NCBI GenBank assembly: GCA_934095865.1
Contig: CAKOKU010000003.1
Span: forward strand, 38,593-102,592
Reading direction: 5' to 3'
Source: an uncultured Bacilli bacterium
GTDB lineage: Bacteria > Bacillota_I > Bacilli_A > RF39 > UBA660
DNA length: 64,000 nucleotides
Part shown: positions 53,855 through 63,277 of the stretch, one piece after another
Layout of the letters: each line of letters begins with the position of its first letter
How positions within the stretch are numbered: position 1 is the first letter of the stretch
Program-made: the position numbers and the translations under genes
Notes under the pieces: model-generated
Told to the model about the DNA's origin: nothing
The model's input: only the letters and a program-made list of their open reading frames with translations
Database searches by the model: none

Positions 53855-55017
53855 TGAAGAAGATTTGTTTTTTTATGGATAGTCCATTTACTTTGGGCGG
53901 TGAGCAAAGAGTAGTAACAAACTTAGTTAATTATCTTAGTGATAAATACAAGGTGTCTTTCTTATTGACTTGTAAACATAAAGAAGAAAATTATAGCATG
54001 TATAATTTAAAAGAAAATGTTGAATTCTTTTACTTAAAAAAATATCATTTCTTTTTTCATAAATTGATCAGAAAAATTTATAAATCTTTAAGATATATTT
54101 TCGGATTTTCTTTAGCAATGACAAAAGATAGTTATTGTAACTTATTAGATAAGGAAGAATTAGTTAATATTATAAATGAAAATGAATTTGATATAGTAGT
54201 TGGTGTTAGTTCTGATTTTTATAGTGCATTAGCTTCTATAAAACATTGTTTAACAAAATGTAGGGTTTACGCTTGGCAACATAGCACTTTTGAGGCTTAT
54301 TTTAATACCGTGAATCATAGATTGTACAATCAAAGAAAATTTGTGAATTTTATGTTTAGTAATATTGATAAATATATTTGCCAGACGACTGATGATGCCA
54401 ATAAAATTTTTAATACTTATGGTTTCCATGCTGATGTTATAAATAATCCAAATACTTTCTCTGATTATAGCATTTGTACTAAAAAAAATAATACTTTTTT
54501 GGCAGTTGGAAGGCTAGTAAAAGTTAAAAATTTTGCTGATGTTATAAAGGCATTTAATTTATTTAATAAAGCAAATAAAAATTGGGATTTGAAAATTGTT
54601 GGAGATGGGCCAGAAAAAGAAAATTTAATTCAATTGGTTTCTGATTATCATTTAGAAAAATATGTTGAAATATGCCAAAGTACTTCTAATATAAAGCAAT
54701 ATTATAATCATTCTAAAGTTTATTTAATGACTTCTTCTTGGGAAGGCTGGGGAATGGTTGTTACAGAAGCTATGCAAAATGGTTTGGCTATAATTAGCTA
54801 TGATATCCCATCATCAAGGGAAATTTTTGGAAAATATAATGTTGGAATTATAGTAACAAAAGGCGATGTTGAAAAATTAGCAGCATCGATGCTTCAATTA
54901 GCAAAAAATTCTGATTTATTAGATGAGTGTTCCAAAACGGCTATTGAACGAGCGAAGATGTTTGATATTTCTGTTATTGGAAAAAGATGGGAGGAATTAA
55001 TAAATGAAGAAGAGTGA
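53851..55017 (+). CDS. glycosyltransferase family 4 (GT-B)
   Basis: 'SSWEGWGMVVTEAMQNGLAIISYD' is the E-x7-E motif. Confidence 0.85.
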   Translation: MMKKICFFMDSPFTLGGEQRVVTNLVNYLSDKYKVSFLLTCKHKEENYSMYNLKENVEFFYLKKYHFFFHKLIRKIYKSLRYIFGFSLAMTKDSYCNLLDKEELVNIINENEFDIVVGVSSDFYSALASIKHCLTKCRVYAWQHSTFEAYFNTVNHRLYNQRKFVNFMFSNIDKYICQTTDDANKIFNTYGFHADVINNPNTFSDYSICTKKNNTFLAVGRLVKVKNFADVIKAFNLFNKANKNWDLKIVGDGPEKENLIQLVSDYHLEKYVEICQSTSNIKQYYNHSKVYLMTSSWEGWGMVVTEAMQNGLAIISYDIPSSREIFGKYNVGIIVTKGDVEKLAASMLQLAKNSDLLDECSKTAIERAKMFDISVIGKRWEELINEEE

Positions 55018-56569
55018 TAGCGTTAGTTCAAGAACAAAAAATTCTGTTTACAATATGATTGCTTCGATGTTAGCAAATTCTCTTTCTATTATAATTGGAT
55101 TGATTGCTCGTGTATTTTTTATTAGATATTTAGGAAACGAATATTTAGGATTAAATGGACTTTTTTCAAATATTATAAGTATGCTTAGCATAGTCGAATT
55201 GGGGATGGGAAGTACAATAATCTATAATTTATATAAACCGATAGCAAATAATGATATAGATACAATAAAATCGTTGATGCAATTTTATAAAAAAAGTTAT
55301 CATTTGATCGGGATTACTATACTTATTCTTGGCATTGTACTGATACCTTTTTTGCCCAGCATTATAGGTAATACAGAAATACCAGTTAATTCAACAATAA
55401 TTTATTTATTATTTTTAGCTGATTCTGTTTTTTCGTATTTTCTTTCATATAAAAGAAGTATGTTATATGCACAACAAAAGGATTATGTTGTGCAATATGT
55501 CAATATGTTTTATTTAGTAACTTTAAATCTTGTTCAAATAATTATATTAATGATAACAAAAAATTATTATTTATATTTATCAATTAAGATTTTATTTAGA
55601 GTTGTTGAAAATGTAATTATAAATATTATTGCAAATAGATTGTACCCATATTTAAAGGATGATCAAGTTAAACCATTAGAACAAAGTATACAAAAAGATA
55701 TCTTTAAAAAGATAAAAGCTTTATTCTTTCATCAAATTGGTTCATTTGTAATAAATGGGACTGACAATATAATAATTTCAAGATATTTGGGAATAGCTGT
55801 TGTAGGATTATATTCAAATTATTATATGATTATAAATGCTGTAAGGACTGTAACGAAACAAATTATAAGTGCTACTACACCAAGTGTTGGAAATTTATTA
55901 GTTACTGAATCTAAAGATAAGCAGTATTCTGTATTTAAAAAGATAAGATTTGCAAATTTTTGGATAGCTTGCTTTTGTGGAGTTTGCATATATGTATTAA
56001 TGGAACCTTTTATCACAATTTGGATAGGTAATGAGTATATACTTGATAATTTTGTATTATTGGTATTAAGTATAAATTTCTTTCAGAAAACTATGCGTGA
56101 TACATATGGGGCCTTTAAAAATGCAGCAGGGATATTTTATGAGGATCGATTTGTACCAATAATTGAATCTGTTATAAATATAGTTGTAAGCATTTTCTTA
56201 GTAAAAAGAATAGGCTTGGCCGGTGTATTTGTTGGTACTATTGTAAGTGGTCTTGTTTTATGGTTATACAGTTATCCTGTGTTAGTTTATAAAAAGATAT
56301 TTAATAGAAATTATTTGCAATATTTAAGAGAAACGATAGGCTATATTCTTGCATTTTTAATTGTTTTATTCTTAACTAATTTCTTATCAACTAAAGTTTT
56401 AGTTAGTAGTGCTTTTATCTCGTTAATTTTAAAATTTTTGGTATGTTTAGTTGTCCCAAATTTGGTAATGTTTATTGTTTTTGGTAAAACTTCTGATTTT
56501 AAATATTTTTTATCAAATTTAAATATACTATTAAAAAAAATAAAAAGAAAAACTGTTAAAAAGGGGTAA
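55004..56569 (+). CDS. wzx: Wzx-type oligosaccharide flippase (MOP superfamily)
   Basis: 521 aa, about 12-14 TM segments; N-terminus 'SVYNMIASMLANSLSIIIGLIARVFFIRYLG'. Confidence 0.8.
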   Translation: MKKSDSVSSRTKNSVYNMIASMLANSLSIIIGLIARVFFIRYLGNEYLGLNGLFSNIISMLSIVELGMGSTIIYNLYKPIANNDIDTIKSLMQFYKKSYHLIGITILILGIVLIPFLPSIIGNTEIPVNSTIIYLLFLADSVFSYFLSYKRSMLYAQQKDYVVQYVNMFYLVTLNLVQIIILMITKNYYLYLSIKILFRVVENVIINIIANRLYPYLKDDQVKPLEQSIQKDIFKKIKALFFHQIGSFVINGTDNIIISRYLGIAVVGLYSNYYMIINAVRTVTKQIISATTPSVGNLLVTESKDKQYSVFKKIRFANFWIACFCGVCIYVLMEPFITIWIGNEYILDNFVLLVLSINFFQKTMRDTYGAFKNAAGIFYEDRFVPIIESVINIVVSIFLVKRIGLAGVFVGTIVSGLVLWLYSYPVLVYKKIFNRNYLQYLRETIGYILAFLIVLFLTNFLSTKVLVSSAFISLILKFLVCLVVPNLVMFIVFGKTSDFKYFLSNLNILLKKIKRKTVKKG

Positions 56570-56573
56570 TAGT

Positions 56574-57770
56574 ATGAATTTGAAAATCTCAAAAAAAAAT
56601 TTGAAGAGTTTAATAATTTATTTCTTTCTACTGTTACCGTTTTTTGGGCCTCGTGGAACGACAATAATTAGTATTAAAATTGATAATGTGATTTTTAAAT
56701 TAGTTCCAGTTTTAATTTCAATGGTTTTAATGATACAGTTGATAAAGACTAAAAGGATTCAGAAGATAAATGTTTATGTTATATTATTCTTTTTATGTAT
56801 TGGGTTTACTACCATTTTTAATGGCGGCGATGTAGTTTCTTTAATAGAAATAATAGGTAAAACTCTTGGTTTGTGTTTATTAATAAATTATGGAATGAAA
56901 GATAATCCAAAATATTTTTTAAAGTCTTTAGAGATATTACTAAAATTCTTGCTTTTTGTAAATTTTATAACAATACTTTTGTATCCAAATGGAATGTATA
57001 TAAGTGATACTGATTTTACAGGTAATTGGTTTTTAGGTTATAGAAATGTTCATATTTTATTTATTTTTCCAGCAATAATTGTTGATGTAATAAATTCTTT
57101 TATAGCTAAAAATAAAATAGAGATAAAAAATATTCTTTTTATAATTTTCTGTATAATTTCCTTGCTTATGGCTGGAAGTGCTACTTCGTCATTTGGCGTT
57201 ATTTGTTTATTATTTATTGTAATTTTGTTAAAGAATAATAGTAATAAGTTAAAAGTAAATTCATTATTACTGACTGTAATATATATATGTTTATTTTTAT
57301 CCGTTGTGATTTTTAGACTTCAAAATTTGTTTGAATTTCTAATTGTTGATGTTTTACATAGAAATTTAACACTTACTGATAGAGTATTTATTTGGGATTG
57401 CGTTATTGAATATATTAAACATAAGCCATTATTTGGCTATGGCTATGAATACAAGTCAATTAGACTGTTGAAGACAAATCCTATTAGCTATCATGCGCAT
57501 AATCAAATATTAGAAATAATTTATCAAACTGGCTTTCTTGGATTAATTTGTATTTCTCTAATTGTTTATGAAAGCATTAAGTCTTTAAATAAGTATAAAA
57601 GTTATAAATTATCAAAATTTTTAATTTTATCTTTGTTTATACTGCTAATTATGATGTTGACAGAAGCATATGCATATAATACATTTATATATATTTTTGT
57701 ATTATGTTCTAATTTTAATTATATTGAAGAATTTTTAAGGGGAAAGTGTTATGAAAGGATTGATTTATAG
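56574..57770 (+). CDS. wzy: Wzy-type polymerase / O-antigen-ligase-like membrane protein
   Basis: Polytopic. 'GYGYEY...YHAHNQILEIIYQTGFLG' is Wzy_C-like. Confidence 0.7.
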   Translation: MNLKISKKNLKSLIIYFFLLLPFFGPRGTTIISIKIDNVIFKLVPVLISMVLMIQLIKTKRIQKINVYVILFFLCIGFTTIFNGGDVVSLIEIIGKTLGLCLLINYGMKDNPKYFLKSLEILLKFLLFVNFITILLYPNGMYISDTDFTGNWFLGYRNVHILFIFPAIIVDVINSFIAKNKIEIKNILFIIFCIISLLMAGSATSSFGVICLLFIVILLKNNSNKLKVNSLLLTVIYICLFLSVVIFRLQNLFEFLIVDVLHRNLTLTDRVFIWDCVIEYIKHKPLFGYGYEYKSIRLLKTNPISYHAHNQILEIIYQTGFLGLICISLIVYESIKSLNKYKSYKLSKFLILSLFILLIMMLTEAYAYNTFIYIFVLCSNFNYIEEFLRGKCYERIDL

Positions 57771-58937
57771 ATGAAAATAGCAGTGGCAGGAACTGGTTAT
57801 GTTGGCTTATCTTTAGCCACGTTACTCAGCCAGAAAAATGAGGTATATGCTTTGGATGTAATACCGGAAAAAGTGGAGAAAATAAACAATAGAATTTCTC
57901 CTATTCAAGATAAAGAAATAGAAGAGTATTTTAAAACTAAAAAGTTAAATTTAAAAGCTACTTTAGATTATAAAGAAGCATTCGCTGGAGCAAAATATAT
58001 AATTATTTCAACCCCAACAAATTATGATGAGAAAACACATTTTTTTGATACTTCTTCTGTTCAAGATATTATAGAAAAAGTAATAGCAATTAATTTAGAT
58101 ACTACGATGGTGGTAAAAAGCACAATACCGGTTGGATTTATTGAAGAAATGAAAAGAAAATATGGTATTGATAACATAATGTTTAGTCCTGAATTTTTAC
58201 GAGAAGGTAAAGCTTTATATGATAATTTATATCCATCTAGAATTGTAGTTGGTGAAAAATCAGCTAGAGCTGAAGAGTTTGCTAATCTTTTGAAAAGTTG
58301 CAGCTTAAAAGAAAATGTTACGATTAAATATATGAATTCAACTGAAGCCGAGGCTGTAAAACTATTTGCAAATACTTATTTGGCTTTAAGAGTCGCATAT
58401 TTTAATGAATTAGATACTTATGCGGAATTGAAAGGGTTAAATACAAAAGATATTATTGATGGCGTTTGTTTAGACCCTAGGATAGGTAATTTTTATAATA
58501 ATCCATCATTTGGATATGGTGGTTATTGCTTGCCTAAGGATACAAAACAATTATTAGCAAATTATAAGGATATTCCTGAAAACCTTATTGAGGCAATTGT
58601 TAAATCTAATGATACTAGAAAAGCTCATATTACTGATATGATTTTATCTCATAATCCTAATATTGTTGGGATATATAGGTTAACGATGAAAAGTAATTCT
58701 GATAATTTTAGAGCAAGTGCTATTCAAAGTATCATAAAAAATCTTAAAGCAGAAAATATAAAAGTAGTTATTTATGAACCGACTCTTACTACTAGTACAT
58801 TTGAAGGGTTAGAGGTTATAAGTAATTTAAGCGATTTTAAAAAAACTAGTGATATTATTGTTGTCAACAGAGTCGATGATAATTTACTCGATGTTAAGGA
58901 CAAAATATATACTCGTGACTTGTACAGCAGAGATTAA
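57771..58937 (+). CDS. ugd: UDP-glucose 6-dehydrogenase
   Basis: '[14 protein letters not shown]', '[24 protein letters not shown]', '[10 protein letters not shown]'. Confidence 0.95.
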   Translation: MKIAVAGTGYVGLSLATLLSQKNEVYALDVIPEKVEKINNRISPIQDKEIEEYFKTKKLNLKATLDYKEAFAGAKYIIISTPTNYDEKTHFFDTSSVQDIIEKVIAINLDTTMVVKSTIPVGFIEEMKRKYGIDNIMFSPEFLREGKALYDNLYPSRIVVGEKSARAEEFANLLKSCSLKENVTIKYMNSTEAEAVKLFANTYLALRVAYFNELDTYAELKGLNTKDIIDGVCLDPRIGNFYNNPSFGYGGYCLPKDTKQLLANYKDIPENLIEAIVKSNDTRKAHITDMILSHNPNIVGIYRLTMKSNSDNFRASAIQSIIKNLKAENIKVVIYEPTLTTSTFEGLEVISNLSDFKKTSDIIVVNRVDDNLLDVKDKIYTRDLYSRD

Positions 58938-59164
58938 AAAACTATTATTAAAAGTTGGCTTTTAGTGACATTTTGCGCTAATCTTGTATAATTGATTGTT
59001 TAAATTTAACTTTAAATCAATTTAATTATAATTGTGTCTAGTACAGTAAATGTTTACTTGCTATAAACTTATGCCAAAAAAAGACAAAATAAATAGAAAA
59101 AATGACGAAGAAATCTTGAAAAATATAAATGTTAATAGTAGAATATCAATAGAAGAGAGGAAAG

Positions 59165-59707
59165 ATGAATATGAAAAATATTAGAAAAGTATTATTCTTA
59201 TTTGTAGCAGTTTTACTTACAACAGTAAATGTTAATGCTATGTCTAAGAGTGAATTAGAAACTAAGTTAACTAAATCATATACTGTTAATGGTACTACAT
59301 TTAAGTTATCAACAGGTGATGCTAATAAAGTAAAGAGTTACCTAGAACAAAATGAAATTAGTGAAACTGATTGTGATTATATTGCTGCTCAATTAGATAA
59401 GGCAATTGAAATCGTTGAGAACTCTGGTGTTAAAGATTTATCTAAATTATCAAGTAGTTCAAAAAATGAAATTAAAGCATTAGTAAATAATGTGGGTGCT
59501 AATACTGCTGTACCAGTTAGTATTAAGAATGGTAACCTATTTGTAGGTTATGTAGATGAACCAACAAAAGCTTTCTATAATGATAAAGTAAATGTAAAAA
59601 CTGATGTTAAATACACTAGTGGAAACATAGTTCTTACAGTTGCTGCTTCAATTGCAGTCATCGGAATCGTTGCAATTGCTGCAAAAGCTAAAAAACAAAA
59701 TGCTTAA
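59165..59707 (+). CDS. secreted surface protein with C-terminal hydrophobic anchor + basic tail but no LPXTG
   Basis: Signal peptide 'KVLFLFVAVLLTTVNVNA'. C-terminus 'VKYTSGNIVLTVAASIAVIGIVAIAAKAKKQNA'. Confidence 0.6.
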   Translation: MNMKNIRKVLFLFVAVLLTTVNVNAMSKSELETKLTKSYTVNGTTFKLSTGDANKVKSYLEQNEISETDCDYIAAQLDKAIEIVENSGVKDLSKLSSSSKNEIKALVNNVGANTAVPVSIKNGNLFVGYVDEPTKAFYNDKVNVKTDVKYTSGNIVLTVAASIAVIGIVAIAAKAKKQNA

Positions 59708-60350
59708 TTCAATTAAGAAATGTGGGAAAGTGATTGCCAAGGAATTAGCAATCGCTTTTTTCTTTGTTTCATTGGTAATATTAGCACTCAATTTTATATT
59801 TAAAGATACAACATCGACATATATAAAACTATTTAATAAAGTAGCAGTTGCTAATACAGACAATAAACAAACAAACAATACTTTACCAAAAATAGATTCC
59901 GAAACTAAAAAATTAACTAATATACCAGCATATGGAGAGTCCTTTGGAACTATTACTATTCCAGATATAGATATAACTATTAACTTTTATAATGGAGATT
60001 CATTAGCTATCTTAAAAAAAGGTGCAGGACGTTATATTGGATCTTATTTTCCAGGGGAAGGTAAACCAATAATAGTAGCGGCGCATAGTAATTTGACAAG
60101 ATTTGGCTATCTTTATAAACTTAATACTGGTGCTAAAATAAATGTAGACACTTATTATGGAAAATATGTTTATGAAGTAGTAGAAGGCAAAATAATTAAT
60201 GCTAATGTTTTAAATCAATCATTTAATGAGTTCTTAGAACAAGATGAAGAAATAATAATGTTATATACTTGCTATCCTTCAGTTGGTATACAATTTAAAA
60301 CAGATAGATATGTAGTGTATGCAAAGAAAGTTAGTGGTAGTAGCTTATGA
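59700..60350 (+). CDS. sortase-family transpeptidase
   Basis: 'IIVAAHSN' (His), 'IIMLYTCYP' (TLxTC Cys), 'DRYVVYA' (Arg). ATG 59700 overlaps the substrate-gene stop; N-terminal TM. Confidence 0.75.
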   Translation: MLNSIKKCGKVIAKELAIAFFFVSLVILALNFIFKDTTSTYIKLFNKVAVANTDNKQTNNTLPKIDSETKKLTNIPAYGESFGTITIPDIDITINFYNGDSLAILKKGAGRYIGSYFPGEGKPIIVAAHSNLTRFGYLYKLNTGAKINVDTYYGKYVYEVVEGKIINANVLNQSFNEFLEQDEEIIMLYTCYPSVGIQFKTDRYVVYAKKVSGSSL

Positions 60351-61624
60351 AAATATGGATTAGTTATTTTATGAAGTTTATTCAAAGCATTAGTTTATTT
60401 ATTATCACATTAACAAGTATTATGTTAATAACTATCTATAATAAAAATTATGTTTTAGATTTATTAGAAAATAATAATTATTATCAAGAATTATATGATG
60501 TATCTAAAGAAGAAGTGTCTTATTATTTAATACAGTCAGGGTTACCAGAAGATATTACTGATGATATTTTTGATGTAAAAGAATTAAAAACAACGGTTGA
60601 TAAAACTATTAATAGTTTATACTCTAATACTCAAATTACTTTAGATACAGAAAATATAAAAACGAAGCTTACAGATAAAATTAATCAATATATAGAAGAT
60701 AATAAAATTAATGTAAAAAATAAAGATAAGACAATAAAAGAATTAGTAGAGAAATTAGTTAATGTATATGAAGAAGAAATTTCTTATAATAATTTGTTAG
60801 AAAATGTAAGAGGTATTTTTAATAAAAGTTATAAAATAGTTAAAATATCTTTAATATTAGCCGTAGTTAGTTTTCTAGTAACGTATTTAATTAATAGACT
60901 TTTATTTAGAGAAAGAAATATTATTGTTTCTTTATTTACTAATGGTCTTTTACTTATTGGTACTGTTTTATATACTAAATTTAGTATAGATATAGATAAT
61001 ATAAGTTTTTATAATACTTCTATAAGCAATATTTTGAAAGAATTTATAAATAGTGTTTTAGCTAATATTAATTTGGTTGGTGTAATATCAATAGTCTTAG
61101 GAATATTACTGGCAGTTACTGTTAGCGGTGTTTTAAGTAATCTAAAGAAGAATAAAAGATTATATAATTCTATTTTAGTTGTTATTTGGATGATAGTTAT
61201 ATTCTGTTTTTCTGCTCAAACGGGAGTAAAATCAACGAAAACTAGTAATGTAGTAACTAGTATGGTTGTTAATGTTACGACTAATGTTAGTAAACAGGAA
61301 ATTACAAGAGAAGAGGCTAAAAAAAAGGTAGAAGATAGTACATTTCTAATTAGAAAGCTAGCTCATTTTACCGAGTATTTAATTTTAGGTATTCTAATAA
61401 TAAGACTTTTAAGAACTTATGGTAAATTGAATGTAAGAATGATAGTTACCGCTATTGTTATTTGTTTTTTATATGCTGCAAGTGATGAGATTCATCAAAT
61501 CTTTGTACTAGGAAGAACTGCTAAAGTATTAGATACGTTAATTGATACTAGTGGGGCTAGTATTGGTATTATATTTTATTGTATTTTTAAAAATAAATGG
61601 CGAAATTTGTCGAATGATAATTAG
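60347..61624 (+). CDS. polytopic membrane protein with C-terminal VanZ-like domain
   Basis: 'KLAHFTEYLILGILI...AASDEIHQIFVLGRTAKVLDTLIDTSGASIG' is VanZ-like. The N-terminal ~260 aa are unrelated. Confidence 0.65.
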   Translation: MKIWISYFMKFIQSISLFIITLTSIMLITIYNKNYVLDLLENNNYYQELYDVSKEEVSYYLIQSGLPEDITDDIFDVKELKTTVDKTINSLYSNTQITLDTENIKTKLTDKINQYIEDNKINVKNKDKTIKELVEKLVNVYEEEISYNNLLENVRGIFNKSYKIVKISLILAVVSFLVTYLINRLLFRERNIIVSLFTNGLLLIGTVLYTKFSIDIDNISFYNTSISNILKEFINSVLANINLVGVISIVLGILLAVTVSGVLSNLKKNKRLYNSILVVIWMIVIFCFSAQTGVKSTKTSNVVTSMVVNVTTNVSKQEITREEAKKKVEDSTFLIRKLAHFTEYLILGILIIRLLRTYGKLNVRMIVTAIVICFLYAASDEIHQIFVLGRTAKVLDTLIDTSGASIGIIFYCIFKNKWRNLSNDN

Positions 61625-61671
61625 TTAAAATAAATAGGGTATTTGTTATAATTTATTTATAAGGAGATACC

Positions 61672-61782
61672 ATGTTATTAATGATATTAATATGTATAAT
61701 TCTTTTTGTTCTTTGGTGTATGTTAAGAGTGAGTGCAATGGCATCAAGGCATGAAAAAGAAATGCAAAGAAAGCATAAATAA
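61672..61782 (+). CDS. 36-aa membrane peptide
   Basis: AAGGAGA RBS; 'MLLMILICIILFVLWCMLRV...' followed directly by a terminator. Confidence 0.45.
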   Translation: MLLMILICIILFVLWCMLRVSAMASRHEKEMQRKHK

Positions 61783-61804
61783 AATTAAAAATTTATGCTT
61801 TTTT
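61773..61804 (+). terminator. rho-independent terminator
   Basis: GCATAAAT-10 nt-ATTTATGC followed by T6. A second weak hairpin lies at 61811-61838. Confidence 0.55.
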
Positions 61805-61890
61805 CAGTGCAAAAAGCCACAATTTAAGGCTTTTTTTCCTTGCTAACCATAATAAAGTATTATATAATATTGGGAGTTAAGAGGGAATAT

Positions 61891-62595
61891 ATGGAAGAGA
61901 TTAATTTAAAAGAGTTATTCGATTATTTTATCAGTAAATGGTTTATAATCGCTGCTACTTGTTTAGTGTTTGTTATCTTTGGCGCTGTTTATACATTATT
62001 CATTCAAACTCCAATGTATAATTCATATACTACTATGGTTTTAACAATGAATAATGATAATGCAAGTAGTAATCAGACAATTACAACTAGTGATATTACA
62101 TTGAATAAAAACTTGATTTCAACTTACCGTGGTATTATGAAGAGCCGTCGTATTTTAAATCAAGTTATTAGTAATTTAGATTTGACAATGAGTGTTGATC
62201 AACTAAAGAAAGAAATAACAGTTACTACTGACGATGATACGGAGCTTATTCGTATATCAGTAAATAATCCGGATGGTGAGGTTGCTAAAGATGTTGCTAA
62301 TGAGATAGCAAGAGTATTTAGTAATGATATTGTTAATATTTATAGTATTAAGAATGTAAGCATTATTGATTATGCAGAAGTATCAGCTAATCCATACAAT
62401 ATTAGTTTATTAAAACAAGTTGTTTTAATGTTATTAGTTGGACTTGTGTTATCAATGGCTGTTGTCTTTGTTATGTTCTATTTTGATACAACAATTAAGA
62501 GTACAGAAGAAATCGAAACAAAGATTGGCTTACCAACACTTGGGGTTGTACCAATTAAGTATGTACCTAAGGATAAGAAAGGAAAAAGAAAATGA
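61891..62595 (+). CDS. cpsC: Wzz/CpsC-type chain-length determinant (tyrosine-kinase modulator)
   Basis: 'INLKELFDYFISKWFIIAATCLVFVIFGAVY', plus a second TM near the C-terminus. ATG 61891 after GGGAG. Confidence 0.85.
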   Translation: MEEINLKELFDYFISKWFIIAATCLVFVIFGAVYTLFIQTPMYNSYTTMVLTMNNDNASSNQTITTSDITLNKNLISTYRGIMKSRRILNQVISNLDLTMSVDQLKKEITVTTDDDTELIRISVNNPDGEVAKDVANEIARVFSNDIVNIYSIKNVSIIDYAEVSANPYNISLLKQVVLMLLVGLVLSMAVVFVMFYFDTTIKSTEEIETKIGLPTLGVVPIKYVPKDKKGKRK

Positions 62596-63260
62596 ATAGT
62601 GAACTTATAGTTGCTAATAATCCAAAGAGTGGAATAGCTGAAGCAGTTAAAACAATTCGTACTAATTTATTATTTTCCTCTATTGATAATCCAGTAAGAA
62701 GTATTTTAATGACTAGTTCATCAACCGGTGAAGGAAAATCATTTATTAGTGCTAATTTGGCCGTTGCTTTTGCACAAGCTGGGGTTAAAGTTTTAGTTGT
62801 TGATTGCGATTTAAGAAGAGGTAGACAACATAAAATATTTAACATTGATAATGAAAAAGGGTTGTCTAATTTACTTTTAGATGATGTCGAAAAAAATTAT
62901 AAAAAATATATTAAAAAAACAAGATACGAAAATATATATGTTTTACCAATGGGCATTGTGCCACCAAACCCAAGTGAGTTGTTAGCATCAGCTAAAAACA
63001 AACAACTTGTAAAATTACTAAAAAATAATTTTGATTTAGTTATTTATGATGGCGTTCCTATTGGTGGACTTACAGATTCAATTATAATGGCTGATTTGGT
63101 AGATAAAATTGTAATAGTATCAGCATATAAATCAACACCAGTAGAATTTTTACAAAATACTAAAAAAGCTTTAGAAAAATTTAATGATAAGATTGCTGGG
63201 GTTATATTAAATAAATTCCCATCTTCAAAAGATAATTATTATAGCAGATATTATCAATAA
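62592..63260 (+). CDS. cpsD: BY-kinase (CpsD/Wze-type protein tyrosine kinase)
   Basis: Walker A 'SSSTGEGKSF', A' 'VLVVDCDLR', B 'LVIYDGVP'. C-terminal Tyr cluster 'DNYYSRYYQ'. Confidence 0.9.
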   Translation: MNSELIVANNPKSGIAEAVKTIRTNLLFSSIDNPVRSILMTSSSTGEGKSFISANLAVAFAQAGVKVLVVDCDLRRGRQHKIFNIDNEKGLSNLLLDDVEKNYKKYIKKTRYENIYVLPMGIVPPNPSELLASAKNKQLVKLLKNNFDLVIYDGVPIGGLTDSIIMADLVDKIVIVSAYKSTPVEFLQNTKKALEKFNDKIAGVILNKFPSSKDNYYSRYYQ

Positions 63261-63277
63261 GATAGGTAGGTAAAATA

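Noticed and set aside
59071-59184. 37-codon ORF (MPKKDKINRKNDEEILKN...) in the leader of the surface-protein gene.
   Set aside because: It has no RBS, a Lys/Asn-rich low-complexity translation in an A-rich leader, and overlaps the real start at 59165.
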